Shown: positions 9,838-20,624, numbered from the stretch's first letter. The stretch is 64,000 nt of DNA from Candidatus Acidiferrales bacterium (GCA_963726725.1 CAVSDV010000023.1:15203-79202); one strand, 5' to 3'. Made by a program: numbers and translations. Notes: generated by a model from the sequence alone, not told the origin.

Positions 9838-10204
9838 ATCGGCTATGATATGGTGGCACGCGCGGCTCCCCCAGGACCGCCGGAAGCCGTTGCCCGTTCA
9901 CCATGTGCAGCGGGCCGGCAACCACTTCGTGCATTCGGCAGCGCGGTTCTCTCTCCGATTGCATGCCAGCGGCCACTAGTCGTTTCTCCGCGTATTATAA
10001 TAAGCGTCAAGAAAGCTGAATCCATTAGAGCGGCCCGAAGATGGATTCCCCTTGCGACTAGTTTGCTTCTACTTTCAGTCGATTTGCGGCTCTCGAACCC
10101 CCCATAAACGCTGGCGATTCAGTCAAATCTGAAACCGCTGCTGATAACAAGAGACATACCAACGCTCACCGACCCTTCACCTCTCACTCACCAATTGGGA
10201 GTAC

Positions 10205-10223
10205 AATCCCTCCTCCTCCGCCA
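10205..10223 (+). repeat. Third tRNA-Ser 3'-end copy (att core)
   Basis: AATCCCTCCTCCTCCGCCA. Confidence 0.7.
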
Positions 10224-10302
10224 GTTTGTTGAGAACCTACCCGCGAAACGAACGACCCCTCCTTTGCGTTCCTCTTCTTACTCCAATAATAAGATCAGGT
10301 CT

Positions 10303-10911
10303 TCAGTTCGACGGTAGACTGACGGCGCGAAAACAGAGTTGTTGCAGGCGGTGCACGAGGCGGGCTCGGTTGACGCGTTTCTCTTTGCTATGGGCGTCAT
10401 CGACAACGCCGTGGAGGGCGCTGAACAGGAAGACGGCGACAAAACGAGGGTCTTCGACCGACCAAGCGTGGGCGCGAGAGCCAGCCTGAAGCAAATCGCA
10501 AAGAAAATCGATGGTGACGTTGTCGACGAGTCCTTCGCGCGTGGGAGGGCGAGATCCGTAAAAAAGAATGTCGTGCAGGCGAATGGAATCGAGATATCCG
10601 GAGACGGTGGCCTCGGCCCATGCCGCGAGCTTCCCCTTCCAATCGTCCGCAGGCTTTAGGGCGACTGCGGCCCTCACCGTTGCCAACCGGTCTTGCCCGT
10701 AGCGATCACCGAGTGCGGCAAGCACATCATCCTTGGAGGAAAAATAAAGGTAGAAGGTGCCCTTGGCGACGTCGGCCGTGGAGGTGATCTGCTCGATGGT
10801 GGTGGATGCGACGCCTTGCTGAAGAAACAGCTGCTGGGCAGCGTTCATCAGGTCTTCTCGCCGCTGTCCCGGGGGTTTTGTTCTTGGACGAGCTTTGGTT
10901 TTGGCGGACAT
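10303..10911 (-). CDS. TetR/AcrR-family regulator
   Basis: GVASTTIEQITSTADVAKGTFYLYFSSKDDVL HTH; start at ATG 10911 is inferred. Confidence 0.92.
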   Translation of the reverse strand: MSAKTKARPRTKPPGQRREDLMNAAQQLFLQQGVASTTIEQITSTADVAKGTFYLYFSSKDDVLAALGDRYGQDRLATVRAAVALKPADDWKGKLAAWAEATVSGYLDSIRLHDILFYGSRPPTREGLVDNVTIDFLCDLLQAGSRAHAWSVEDPRFVAVFLFSALHGVVDDAHSKEKRVNRARLVHRLQQLCFRAVSLPSN

Positions 10912-10931
10912 TGGATCGCTGAGCCTCGGTG

Positions 10932-10948
10932 ACTGAACGCTGGTCAGT
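10932..10948. promoter_or_regulatory. Putative TetR operator (auto-regulatory copy)
   Basis: ACTGAACGCTGGTCAGT, near-match to the perfect palindrome at 12465-12481. Confidence 0.65.
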
Positions 10949-11040
10949 GACCGTAGGATAACGAACGCGGGCTGGGAAGGCGAGAAGCAAGAAGAGGCGA
11001 AGTCCGACATAATTGTGCGCAAATCGGTGCACGCGTAGAG

Positions 11041-11159
11041 GGCTGGCATAAAAGCCAGCGCTACATTGAGAAACTACGCGGCGCCCGCTTCCCCTCGGGG
11101 CAAGGTGAAGGTGGCCGCGACAGAGAGGAACACCCTCACCCCGGAAGGGGTGAGCTACA
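11041..11159 (-). repeat. Cluster of three GTAG-footed REP-like hairpins
   Basis: GCTGGC-ATAAAA-GCCAGC-GCTACA; GCGGC...GCCGC-GACA; CTCACCCC-GGAA-GGGGTGAG-CTACA. Confidence 0.6.
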
Positions 11160-12426
11160 GGTTTACGACACTGCTGTTTGTGACTAGGTTATCTGCGCGG
11201 AGTAGTTCGGGAAACAACCTAATCCATAGGGCTGTGACGGCGAGGGTGCCTAAGCCGCCGAGGAACGCCGCGGGCACCGTTCCAAATAGCGCGGCGGTGG
11301 CGCCGGACTCAAATTCGCCCAATTCGCTGGAGGCGCCGACAAACATCCAGTGCACGGCGCTGACGCGGCCACGCATAGCGTCAGGCGTAGAAACCTGCAC
11401 GAGCGTTTGGCGGATCACCATGCTGACCATGTCGAACCCGCCGGCAGCAATCAAAGCGACAAGCGAAAGCCACACGTTTCTGGAGAGAGCAAAGACGATG
11501 GTCGCGAAACCGAAGCCGGCCACACAGAGAAGCATTCGCTTGCCAGCGCCACGCTGGATAGTGCGATGCGCCAAGACCAGACCGACGATGGCGGCGCCGA
11601 CACCGGGTGCGCAACGAAGACAGCCGAGTCCCGCAGGGCCGACCGCGAGGACGTCCTTGGCGAAAATGGGGAGTAAGGCGGTGACGCCACCCAGGAGAAC
11701 GGCGAAAAGGTCGAGCGCGATGATGGAGAACAATAAGCGGTTCGAGCGAACATAGCGGATGCCGCCGAGAGGGCTGGCGTCCATGGGTTCGTTTTCCTCG
11801 GAGCGAGCCGTGCAGCGTTCTTCGGCAAGACGCAGCACTTGCGTCAAGGCGACGAGATAAAGTAACGCGGAAAATAAAAACATGCCGGGACCGCTGAGGG
11901 CATAGAGCAAACCACCAACGGCCGGGCCGACGAGTCCACAGATCTGCCACGCCGACGAAACCACAGCGACGGCGCGCGGAAATTCTTCGGAGCTGACCAA
12001 GCGCGGCAGCGTTGCCGACATGGCGGGGGCGCAAAAGGCTTGTGCCGCACCGATGACCGAGAGGAGGAAATACACCGGCCAGATTGAGAGTGCCGCGGAG
12101 GCAGACAAGATACCGAATGCAGCAATGCAAAGAGCCTGTAAAAAAAGCGAAAGGCCGATAATTTTGCGGCGATCGAGACGATCCGCCGCATGGCCTGTGA
12201 CGAGGACCATGCCGATATTGGGCAAGAACCGCGCCAATCCGACATAGGCGAGGCTCATGGGGTTGTGGGTCGCCGAGTAGACATACCAGCCGATGGCGAC
12301 ATTGAGCATTTGGGAGCACAACTCGTCAATGCCGCGAATGACGATAAAGCTTCGCAGGGCGGGTTGCCGGTGGAGGAAATGGAGAAAAGGGAGACTCGCG
12401 GAAGAGTTCAAGCTGATTGCGCCCAT
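11155..12426 (-). CDS. MFS transporter (MFS_3/EntS-like efflux)
   Basis: Multiple TM helices, GHAADRLDRRK motif A, TPDAMRGRV. Confidence 0.9.
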   Translation of the reverse strand: MGAISLNSSASLPFLHFLHRQPALRSFIVIRGIDELCSQMLNVAIGWYVYSATHNPMSLAYVGLARFLPNIGMVLVTGHAADRLDRRKIIGLSLFLQALCIAAFGILSASAALSIWPVYFLLSVIGAAQAFCAPAMSATLPRLVSSEEFPRAVAVVSSAWQICGLVGPAVGGLLYALSGPGMFLFSALLYLVALTQVLRLAEERCTARSEENEPMDASPLGGIRYVRSNRLLFSIIALDLFAVLLGGVTALLPIFAKDVLAVGPAGLGCLRCAPGVGAAIVGLVLAHRTIQRGAGKRMLLCVAGFGFATIVFALSRNVWLSLVALIAAGGFDMVSMVIRQTLVQVSTPDAMRGRVSAVHWMFVGASSELGEFESGATAALFGTVPAAFLGGLGTLAVTALWIRLFPELLRADNLVTNSSVVNL

Positions 12427-12458
12427 GGTGAAACAGCTCCTTAGTGGCGGGTGGTACA

Positions 12459-12487
12459 ATATTGACTGACCGTCGGTCAGTTGTCAA
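12459..12487 (-). promoter_or_regulatory. sigma70 promoter of MFS gene with operator filling the spacer
   Basis: Minus strand TTGACA-ACTGACCGACGGTCAGT(17 nt palindrome)-CAATAT. Confidence 0.75.
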
Positions 12488-12611
12488 CTGCGTTCATCAG
12501 CGTGCGTGGGGTAACGCAACGGCGGTCCGGCGGTAATGCTTTGGCTATCTGGAGTTGAGGCAGCTTCCACCGGAAACGGCGGGAGCGCCTAGAATGGAAG
12601 GCAGTCGGGTA

Positions 12612-14430
12612 ATGGCGAAGTCACGCACAACTATCTGGATTGCTGCCTGGATCATTTTCCTGGGCGTATACGCCATGGTGTCTCGGTATCTGGGGCCCGG
12701 GCAGTCGCTGACTACATTTGGCGACATCGCGCAATGCTGCGTGCCGTTGCTGGCCAACGCGGGACTGCTGATCAACGCGGGGACTCCACACTGGCGGCGA
12801 AACGTGTTCTGGATGCTGCTGGCGCTGAGCTGCACGATGTGGATGGTTGGGCAGTTCCAATGGACGTACTACGAAGTGTACCTGCAGCAAGCGGTGCCGA
12901 ACCCGGGCTCCTGGGACATTATTTTTTTTCTGCGCGGCATTCCGCTGATTGCGGCTTTGACGCTGAGGCCGTATTTAAGGCGCGGCGAGCTGCGCATCGG
13001 TTTGGGGTACATGGATTTTACGCTGCTGCTGACCTGGTGGACGTTCCTGTATGTTTATGCGGTGTTGCCGTGGATGTACGCAACGCCAACGGTGGAGCAC
13101 TTCGACCGTAATTTCTCGATTTTGGCGAATATTCAGTATGTGGTGATCATGGCGGGATTCGCGGTTTTCTGGTGGAAAACGCGCGGGGCCTGGCGGATTG
13201 TATGCGCGCACCTGTTCGGGGCGTCCACGTTGTACACGGTCGCGTCGTTGTTGACGAACCGGGCGGTAACGGAAGGAACGTACTACACCGGGAGTTGGTA
13301 TGACCTGATGCTGCTGACGGTATTTTTCTGGTATGCGCTAGCGGGTGCGATCGCGTTTCAAAAGCGCAATGAATTGGACGCGCCGATGGAGTCGAGCCCG
13401 ACAGCGGATGCGGAAATTGTGCTGGGAGACAATGTGTGGGCGACGCGATTCGCTATGGCGGCGGTTTTTTCGTTGCCGTTCTTTGCGTTGTACGCGCTGC
13501 GCATGGAGCACGACACGCCGGCAGTGAAGGACTTTCGTGTGACGGTAACGTTGATCGCGTCGCTGCCGCTGGCGTTGATGGTATTTTTGCGCACTCATCT
13601 GGCGGATGCGAGACCGCGCGCGATTGCTGGCGCAGTCGGAGTCGTCGGTGGTGAACCTGCAGCGCTTGCAAGCGCAGATGGTGCACTCGGAGAAGCTGGT
13701 GTCGCTGGGGCAGCTGGCAGCGGGCGCGGCGCATGAGATCAACAATCCGCTGACGGCGATTCTGGGGTATTCCGATCTTTTGGCTGATGACCAGGGTTTG
13801 CCGGAGCGGACGCGGGCGACCGCGGTGAAAATTCGGGACCAGGCGCGGCGCACGAAGAATCTGGTGCAAAACCTTTTGAGTTTTGCGCGGCAGGTTCCGG
13901 CAGAGCGAACGCTGCTGGACATCAACACGGTGGTGACGAACGCGGTGCAGTTGCGCGCGCTGGATCTGCACAATGGCGGATCGCGGATCGAACCTCATCT
14001 GGAATCGGTGCTGCCCGGGGTGCGTGGCGACAGCAATCAGCTGATGCAGGTGTTTTTCAACATCATCAACAACGCGCTGGACGCCATGGCCGAACAGGGC
14101 GGCGGCGTGTTGACGATCAAGACGCAACGCGACCGCGCGAATGTGGTGGTTCTCTTTTCTGATTCGGGTCCTGGGATTCGCGAACCGCACCGCGTCTTCG
14201 ATCCGTTTTACACCACGAAACCGGTGGGCAAGGGCACCGGTCTGGGCTTGAGCATTTGCTACGGGATCGTGCAGGAACATAGCGGGAATATCCGGTGCTA
14301 CAACGGTCAGACCGGAGGAGCGGTGTTTCGCGTGGAGCTGCCGGCGGTTCTGGCGGCACTGCCCACACGAGGAGGCTCCTCGTCGTCGGGGATCACGCCG
14401 GTTCCGTCGAGCAATCGGAATTTAGTTTAG
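12612..14430 (+). CDS. Membrane sensor histidine kinase (NtrB-like), one frameshift near 13610
   Basis: Multi-TM N-terminus in one frame; AHEINNPL, QVFFNIINNA, DSGPGI, PFYTTK, GTGLGLS in the next frame. Confidence 0.85.
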
Positions 14431-14461
14431 CGTTCAGTCGTTCGTCCCAAAACTCCGTAGT

Positions 14462-14560
14462 TGTCATTCCGAACCCGTTCGCATTTTGAATGCCGTGAGG
14501 AATCTGCTTTTTCCTTGGCATTTGGCGAAAGCACATGCCTCGCTTCGTTCGGGGTGGCAA
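14462..14560. repeat. Degenerate REP-like palindromic element
   Basis: TGTCATTCCGAAC...GAGGAATCTGCTTT...AAAGCACATGCCTCG...GTTCGGGGTGGCA nested inverted arms. Confidence 0.55.
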
Positions 14561-14722
14561 TGACTTATGATTTTGTCGCGGGGTTTCGAAGCCGTGCCCT
14601 TCCGAAGACCACTGTTGAGACAGTTTCCAGTAACAATCATCTCCTGATACTTGCGGCGGCGGAATACGTAGTTACTCATGATAGAGTTTTGCGGACGAGT
14701 GTGAGCGAAAAGAGCTGAATCG

Positions 14723-15517
14723 ATGCAAGAAATTGCGATCAAGACAGAAAAGCTGACCAGGCGGTTCGGGGCGCTGACCGCGGTTGACGAGATGGACCTG
14801 CAGGTGGTGGCGGGTCAATTCTTCGGGTTTCTGGGACCGAATGGAGCGGGCAAATCGACAACCATCAAAATGCTGACCGGTTTGCTGGCGCCTACCGCGG
14901 GGCGGATGGAACTGCTGGGCGTGGATTTCGCGGCGCATCCGGTGGAAGTGAAGCGGCAGATTGGGGTGGTGCCGGAAGGAATGGGGCTGTTCGAGCGGCT
15001 GACCGGGGTGGAGTATTTGCGATTCGTGGGCAGGATGTACGGACTGGATCGCGGCACAACCGAGAAACGCGCGCAAGAATTGCTGGAATTCATGCAACTG
15101 GCCGATCGCGAGAAGACGCTGGTGGCTGACTATTCGCACGGGATGCAAAAGAAACTGGCGCTGGCCGCGGCGGTGATTCACGGGCCGCGGATTCTGTTTT
15201 TGGACGAACCGTTTGAGGGAGTGGATGCGCTGGCGGCCGGGGCGTTGAAGGCCTTGCTGGGAAGGATGACGGAGCGCGGCGTGACGATTTTCCTCACGAC
15301 GCATGTGCTGGAGATCGTGGAGCGGCTGTGCAGTCACGTGGCGATCATTCACAAAGGAAAGCTGGTGGCGCAGGGATCGCTGGAAGAGTTGCGGGCAGGC
15401 GTGCCTGGGTCGGAAGGCGAAGAAGGGCAAAAAACGCTGGAGCAGATTTTCCTGTCGATTGTCGGTCAGAGCGGCGGAGAGCGGGCCAAGTTTGAGGAAC
15501 TGACGTGGCTGACGTAG
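14723..15517 (+). CDS. ABC transporter ATP-binding protein
   Basis: GPNGAGKST, YSHGMQKK, LFLDEP, TTH. Confidence 0.95.
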   Translation: MQEIAIKTEKLTRRFGALTAVDEMDLQVVAGQFFGFLGPNGAGKSTTIKMLTGLLAPTAGRMELLGVDFAAHPVEVKRQIGVVPEGMGLFERLTGVEYLRFVGRMYGLDRGTTEKRAQELLEFMQLADREKTLVADYSHGMQKKLALAAAVIHGPRILFLDEPFEGVDALAAGALKALLGRMTERGVTIFLTTHVLEIVERLCSHVAIIHKGKLVAQGSLEELRAGVPGSEGEEGQKTLEQIFLSIVGQSGGERAKFEELTWLT

Positions 15518-17156
15518 CGCACATGCCGGGTGTGTGGCAGCAACTGAAGCTGATTGGCGGGTTGCGCTGGCACATATTACGAAACGGTTTGCGGCGGAAG
15601 AACAATCGCTGGGACCTGATCGGGATGATATGGGCGGGATTTTTCAGCGCGGTGCTGGTGCTGAGTCTGTGTTTCGTATTTTATGAGGGGACGTATGCGT
15701 CTCTGGTGAAGAACCATCCGCAATGGATCGCGCTGCTATTCTGGGGACTGTTTGTGTGGTGGCAGGTATTTCCGATTTTTGCGGCGGGGTTCGGCGCGAA
15801 TTTCGAATTCAAGAAGCTGTTGCGATTTCCGCTGAGTATGCGCGCGTTTTACCTGCTGGGGTTGGGTTACGGGCTGGCAGACTTTGCGGCGTTGTCGTCG
15901 ATTGCGTGGATTATCTCAATGCTGGCAGGAGCGATGGCGGCGCGGGCCAGCGTCGTGCCGGCGCTCCTGGTGGTGAGCGCGCTGTTCGTGTTGCTGAACG
16001 TGACGATTGAGAGGCTGATGGGGTCGTGGGTGGAAAAAATACTGGCGAAACGAAGGACGCGGGAACTCTTTTTTGGGCTATTTATATTGTCGATGGTGTC
16101 GTTGAATTTCCTTTCGCCGATGATGCAGAGGTATGGCAGGTCGGCTAAACCAAGGATTTTTGAAATCATTCCGTACCTGTGGTGGACGCCGGCGATCGCT
16201 GACGGGAAATGCAGTGGCGGGAGCGGCGCATGGCGATTTACGGGGATTTCTGCCGGGCCTGGCGGGCCTGCTGGTCTGGATTGTAATCACCAGCGGATTC
16301 TTGTGGAGTCGATTCCGGGCGCAATATTTTGGCGAAGAGCTGGGCGAAAGTGGCGCGCCCAAAGCGGTAAAGAGACGGGCGTTGCGTGGCGAAGATTCGA
16401 GCGAGTTGCCGCGATTCATTTCACCGCAAGTGGCGGCCGTGGTGGCGAAGGAGTTCCGGTATCTGACGCGGAATGGCTTCTGCGTTCATCACATTCCTGC
16501 TGCCGCCGATCATGGTGATTTTTTTTTCGATGCAATTCGCGGGGAAGAACTCAGTTTTGAAGGAACACGGACTTTCCGCGGAGATGTTTTTCCCGGCGCT
16601 GATGGCCTACCTGATTTTGATTTTACTTTCGCCGGCGTACAATTCGTTTGCGTTTGAAGGCAAAGGAATTCAGACGTACTTCATGACACCGGTGCGATTC
16701 CGGGATGTTCTTTTGGGGAAAAACCTGTTGCTGGCGGCGCTGGTGATTCTGGAATTGTCGATCTCGGTGGGAGTGATGATCTGGCGGGTGGGCTGGCCAA
16801 GCCCGGCGATGTTTGTGTCGACGGTGGCGGCGGTGGCGTTCGCGGTGGTGGGGCAACTGTCGATTGCGAATTGGTCGTCGCTGATGTTCCCGAAGAAAAT
16901 GGAAATTGGGAAAATGAAGGGGCAGCGGAATTCGGGCGTGGCGGTGTGGACCGCGTTTGGCGCGCAGATTACGATTGGGGGAATCTGCGCGGTGATTTTG
17001 TTTGCGGGAAAGTGGACGGGGAATCCGTGGCTGCCGGCGATTGCGTTCGCGGGGCTGACCGCGGCGGCGGCAGGCGGGTATACGGCAGCGCTGGGAGCGA
17101 TGGACCGGCTGGCGGAGAAGAAGCGCGAGTTGCTGATCGAGACGCTGTGCCGGTAG
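15505..17156 (+). CDS. ABC-2-type exporter permease, about two frameshifts (about 16190 and 16480)
   Basis: Hydrophobic ORF pieces 15505-16518, 16133-16657 and 16473-17156 join into one membrane protein (KEFRYLTRN, NSFAFEGKG). Confidence 0.75.
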
Positions 17157-17234
17157 GAGAAGATCACTACAAAGGACACGAAGTTCACAGAGATCGGAAA
17201 GAGAGACTGCTTGGAAGGGGGCAGGGGATGAACG

Positions 17235-19466
17235 GTGTTTCTTCGAACTGCGATGGTTACAATGCTGCGGTTGCTGGCTTGCGCAATTTGTGCGTCGGGC
17301 AAGAGAACCAAAGCTTCATCGGAATTCGCGCAGCGTGGAAGAGACAGTCGCTGTAAGCGGATACGAGCAGGCGCTGACGGCGGGGATCGCGCGCAAACTG
17401 AACGCTGTTCGGACCGAAGACAGACAACCTGGGAAACGTCTGGGTGACCGCTCGGGAGCGGCGCGCCGCACCGGCTGATCGTTGCGCCCATCGATGAACC
17501 TGGGTACGTGGTGAGCGAGATTACCGCTGACGGCTATCTGCGTGTGCAGCGACTGCCGCAGGCGCCGCCGAACCCGGTGTTTGACGCGCTGCATTTTGCG
17601 CAGCCGGTTTGGGTGATGACGCGCGACGGCAAATATGTGAACGGAGTGTTCGCGGGATTGAGCGTGCACTTGCAGCCGGGGCGGGTGAACGCGCCAAAAA
17701 TGAATCATGTGGAAGAGTTGTACGTGGACATCGGCGCAAGGAGTGCGGCCGAAGTGCGAGCGGCGGGGGTGGATCTGTTGGACCCGATTGCATTGCAGCG
17801 AAAAAGTTTCCCGATGGGTGATTCTGGCGTGGCAGGACCTGCGGCTGGGGAAGAGACTGGAGTCAATACTGCTTCTGGAGATTGCTGGGGCAGGGTCGGG
17901 AGATCAAAGCGCAAAGGGACGACGACCATCGCGTTTGTGACGCAACAGTGGACCGGAGGACGCGGGCTGAATCGACTGCTGACGGAAATTCATCCGGACG
18001 AAATGGTGTTTGTCGGCCGAGTGATGCCGCGCACCGCCGGCGAACAAGGATGCTGCACGTGGAAGAACGGAAACCGGGTAGCGGAGTGTTGCTAGGCAGT
18101 CACGGCAGATTCCAAGAACGGCGCGGAGAGCCTGGCGGAGCGGCTGAAAGCGATCGCCGAAAAAGAACAGATTCCCGCTAGAGGTCGATGAATGCGGCGC
18201 CGCCACGAATTGCGGGTTACGCGAAGAGCGCGCACGCTGCCGGAAAACTTTGTGGAGTTGGGAGTGCCGGAACTTTGGCCAGTAACACCTGCGGAATACG
18301 TATCGCTGGGCGACGTCGGAACGATTGGAGACGACTGCTGAGCGTGTATCTGGAAATCCCGAAGTTCGACGATCGGAGGAATGGGAGGCGGATCATGGGC
18401 GGCAGGCGCTTTCGACGCTAGAAGCACTCATCGAGGCGTACGGGGCGAGTGGGCATGAGAAGCGGTGCGCAAGGAGGTAAGTAAATCGCCTGGACCCGAG
18501 GCTAGCAGAAGAATGGCGAAGACGGATGCGGCGGGGAATCTGGTGCTGCATGTGGGCGATGGGAAGAGAGATGAAAAGACGCCGCGGATCGCGTTTGTGG
18601 CGCACATGGATGAGATTGGGTACGAGGTGAAGAAGATCGAGGACGACGGGCGCCTGCAGGTGGAAGTTTTGGGAGGCGGATACCTGCAATATTTTCTGGG
18701 ACATGTTGTTCTGGTGCACAGCGAAGAAAGGACCTGTCGGGCGGAGTGCTGGAACTACCGAGCGGTTGGGACAAGCCGGGATTTGAGTGGCCGAGCGGGC
18801 CGCGATCGATGGATGAGCCGGCGCATGTATATGTCGGAACGCATTCGAAGGAAGAGACGGAGAAGCTGGGGATTGCGGCGGGCGACTACGTGACGATTCC
18901 CAAGGAATACCGGCCGCTGCTGGGGACGCGTGCGAATGCGCGGAGCTTTGACGATCGCGTGGGATGCGCGGCGCTGATTGCAGCGGTAAACGCGATTGGG
19001 CCCGGAATTGAAGGGGCGCGACGTTACGTTTGTGTGGTCGACGGAAGAGGAAGTGGGATTGAAGGGAGCGGCAGCGTTCGCGGAACAGGCGGCTAAGGAA
19101 GGGCGCGTGCCGGATTTTGTGTTTGCGATTGATACGTTTGTGAGTTCGGATTCGCCGCTGGAGTCGAAACGATTTGGCGATGCGGAGATTGGAAAAGGAT
19201 TCGTGGTTCGCGCGGTGGACAATTCGAACGTGGTGCCGCGGGAATATGTGGATCGCGTGGTTGCGCTGGCGAAGGAAAATGGCATTCCCGCACAGTATGG
19301 AGTGACGGGCGGAGGAAATGACGGCGCGGTGTTTGTGCGATATGGGTCGGTGGACGTGGCACTGGGATGGCCGCTGCGCTATTCGCATTCGCCGGGGGAA
19401 GTGATCGATACGAAGGACCTGGACGCATTGAGCAAAATTGTGGAAGTGCTGGCGCGGAAGTGGTGA
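17235..19466 (+). CDS. M42/M20-family metallopeptidase with two tandem M42-like halves, multiple frameshifts
   Basis: AVSGYE, APIDEPG, YVDIGA; FVAHMDEIG, RSFDDRVG, TEEEVGLKGA, IDTF, GGGNDG, PLRYSHSPGEV. Confidence 0.8.
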
Positions 19467-19562
19467 GCCCAAACCGTCTCGCACCTGCGACAGCGCCAAG
19501 ACGTCCTCTTAATTGAGGTCCTAGTGACGGGTCCAAGGACCTAGAGTTCAGGAGAACCCGGG
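19290..19562 (+). repeat. Copy 1 of M42 gene 3' end plus about 95 nt downstream
   Basis: Homologous to 30708-30953 and 37796-37971. Confidence 0.9.
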
Positions 19563-19802
19563 AGTCTGTGTCAGCCAGCTTCGACCCTAATTCGCACCTG
19601 TCCCTGAAAAAGGCCTTACGGTCCCAGCAGTTCAATACGCTGCCGCAACCTTATAGAGTAGGTCCTTCCTCAGACCCCTTCTCGTTGAGTGTCGGGCGGC
19701 CCGGGTTGTACTCACCCTATGCGTCCGCCCATTCGCCGGACAATTGTTTTTTGACTAATGCGGCGATTCGCCGTACACTTTGTCCTAACGTAGGAGGATG
19801 CC

Positions 19803-20102
19803 ATGCGGCATGCTGCAGCGATTGTTCGACGATCCCGGAAAGAAGCGCGTCTTGAGGCTCGGGTTACGCCCGAGCAAAAAAGACTGATCGCGCGGGCAGC
19901 GGCCCTGCGTGGATTTTCGGTGACAGAATTTGTTGTAGCCAGTGCGCAGCAGGCGGCTTCGAACGCTATCAAGGAGTTCGAGCTCCTCACGTTGCATGAC
20001 CGCGCTCGCGAGGTCTTCGTGAATGCCGTTTTGCATCCTCCATCGCCCAACAAAGCTGCTCGTGCGGCTGCAAGACGCTACAAAAAACAGATGGGACGCT
20101 AA
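19803..20102 (+). CDS. DUF1778 (RHH) antitoxin
   Basis: KEARLEARVTPEQKRLIARAAALRGFSVTEFVVASA...PPSPN; GGAGG RBS. Confidence 0.9.
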   Translation: MRHAAAIVRRSRKEARLEARVTPEQKRLIARAAALRGFSVTEFVVASAQQAASNAIKEFELLTLHDRAREVFVNAVLHPPSPNKAARAAARRYKKQMGR

Positions 20103-20624
20103 TTGGCTGGCGAGGCGGAGAAACCCGCGTTTAGGATTGAGCCGCTCGGATTGAAACACGACCGGGCGGCCTTTTCGTGCGGCGTCGATCTCTTGGACGC
20201 TTACCTTCGGAAACAAGCGGGCCAAGATTTCAAAAAGCACGCGGCCGTTCCCTTCGTCCTGACGCCTGATGGCAGCACAATCGCGGGTTACTACACGCTT
20301 TCGCAATATGCAGTGCAACTGCACAATGTCCCGGCGGAGGTCGCAAAGAAATTGCCGAGGTATCCCTTGGTGCCCACAACGCTCATCGGACGTTTGGCGG
20401 TAAGCATTGACTTTCGCGGCCAAGGGCACGGCGAGACGCTACTCATGCACGCGCTCCACCGAATTCTTCAGCACAGCAAGGAAGTGGCTTCCGCAGGCGT
20501 CATTGTGGACGCTAAAGGCGCTTATGCTGTCTCCTTTTGCAAAAAGTATGGTTTTCTCCAACTGCCTGCTGTGGAAAGAAGATTATTCCTTCCGATGGGA
20601 ACGGTTGCGGATTTATTTCGATAG
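20103..20624 (+). CDS. GNAT acetyltransferase toxin (AtaT/TacT-like)
   Basis: HDRAAFSCG..LDAYL, GYYTLS, LIGRLAVSIDFRGQGHG, VDAK. Confidence 0.9.
   Translation: MAGEAEKPAFRIEPLGLKHDRAAFSCGVDLLDAYLRKQAGQDFKKHAAVPFVLTPDGSTIAGYYTLSQYAVQLHNVPAEVAKKLPRYPLVPTTLIGRLAVSIDFRGQGHGETLLMHALHRILQHSKEVASAGVIVDAKGAYAVSFCKKYGFLQLPAVERRLFLPMGTVADLFR

Noticed and set aside
13600-19020. Dense frameshifts in the kinase, ABC permease and M42 peptidase, suggesting pseudogenes or programmed frameshifting
   Set aside because: Small indels clustered in one stretch, motifs otherwise conserved and no evident slippery-site pattern. Most likely long-read consensus errors; the same probably applies to rmlB.
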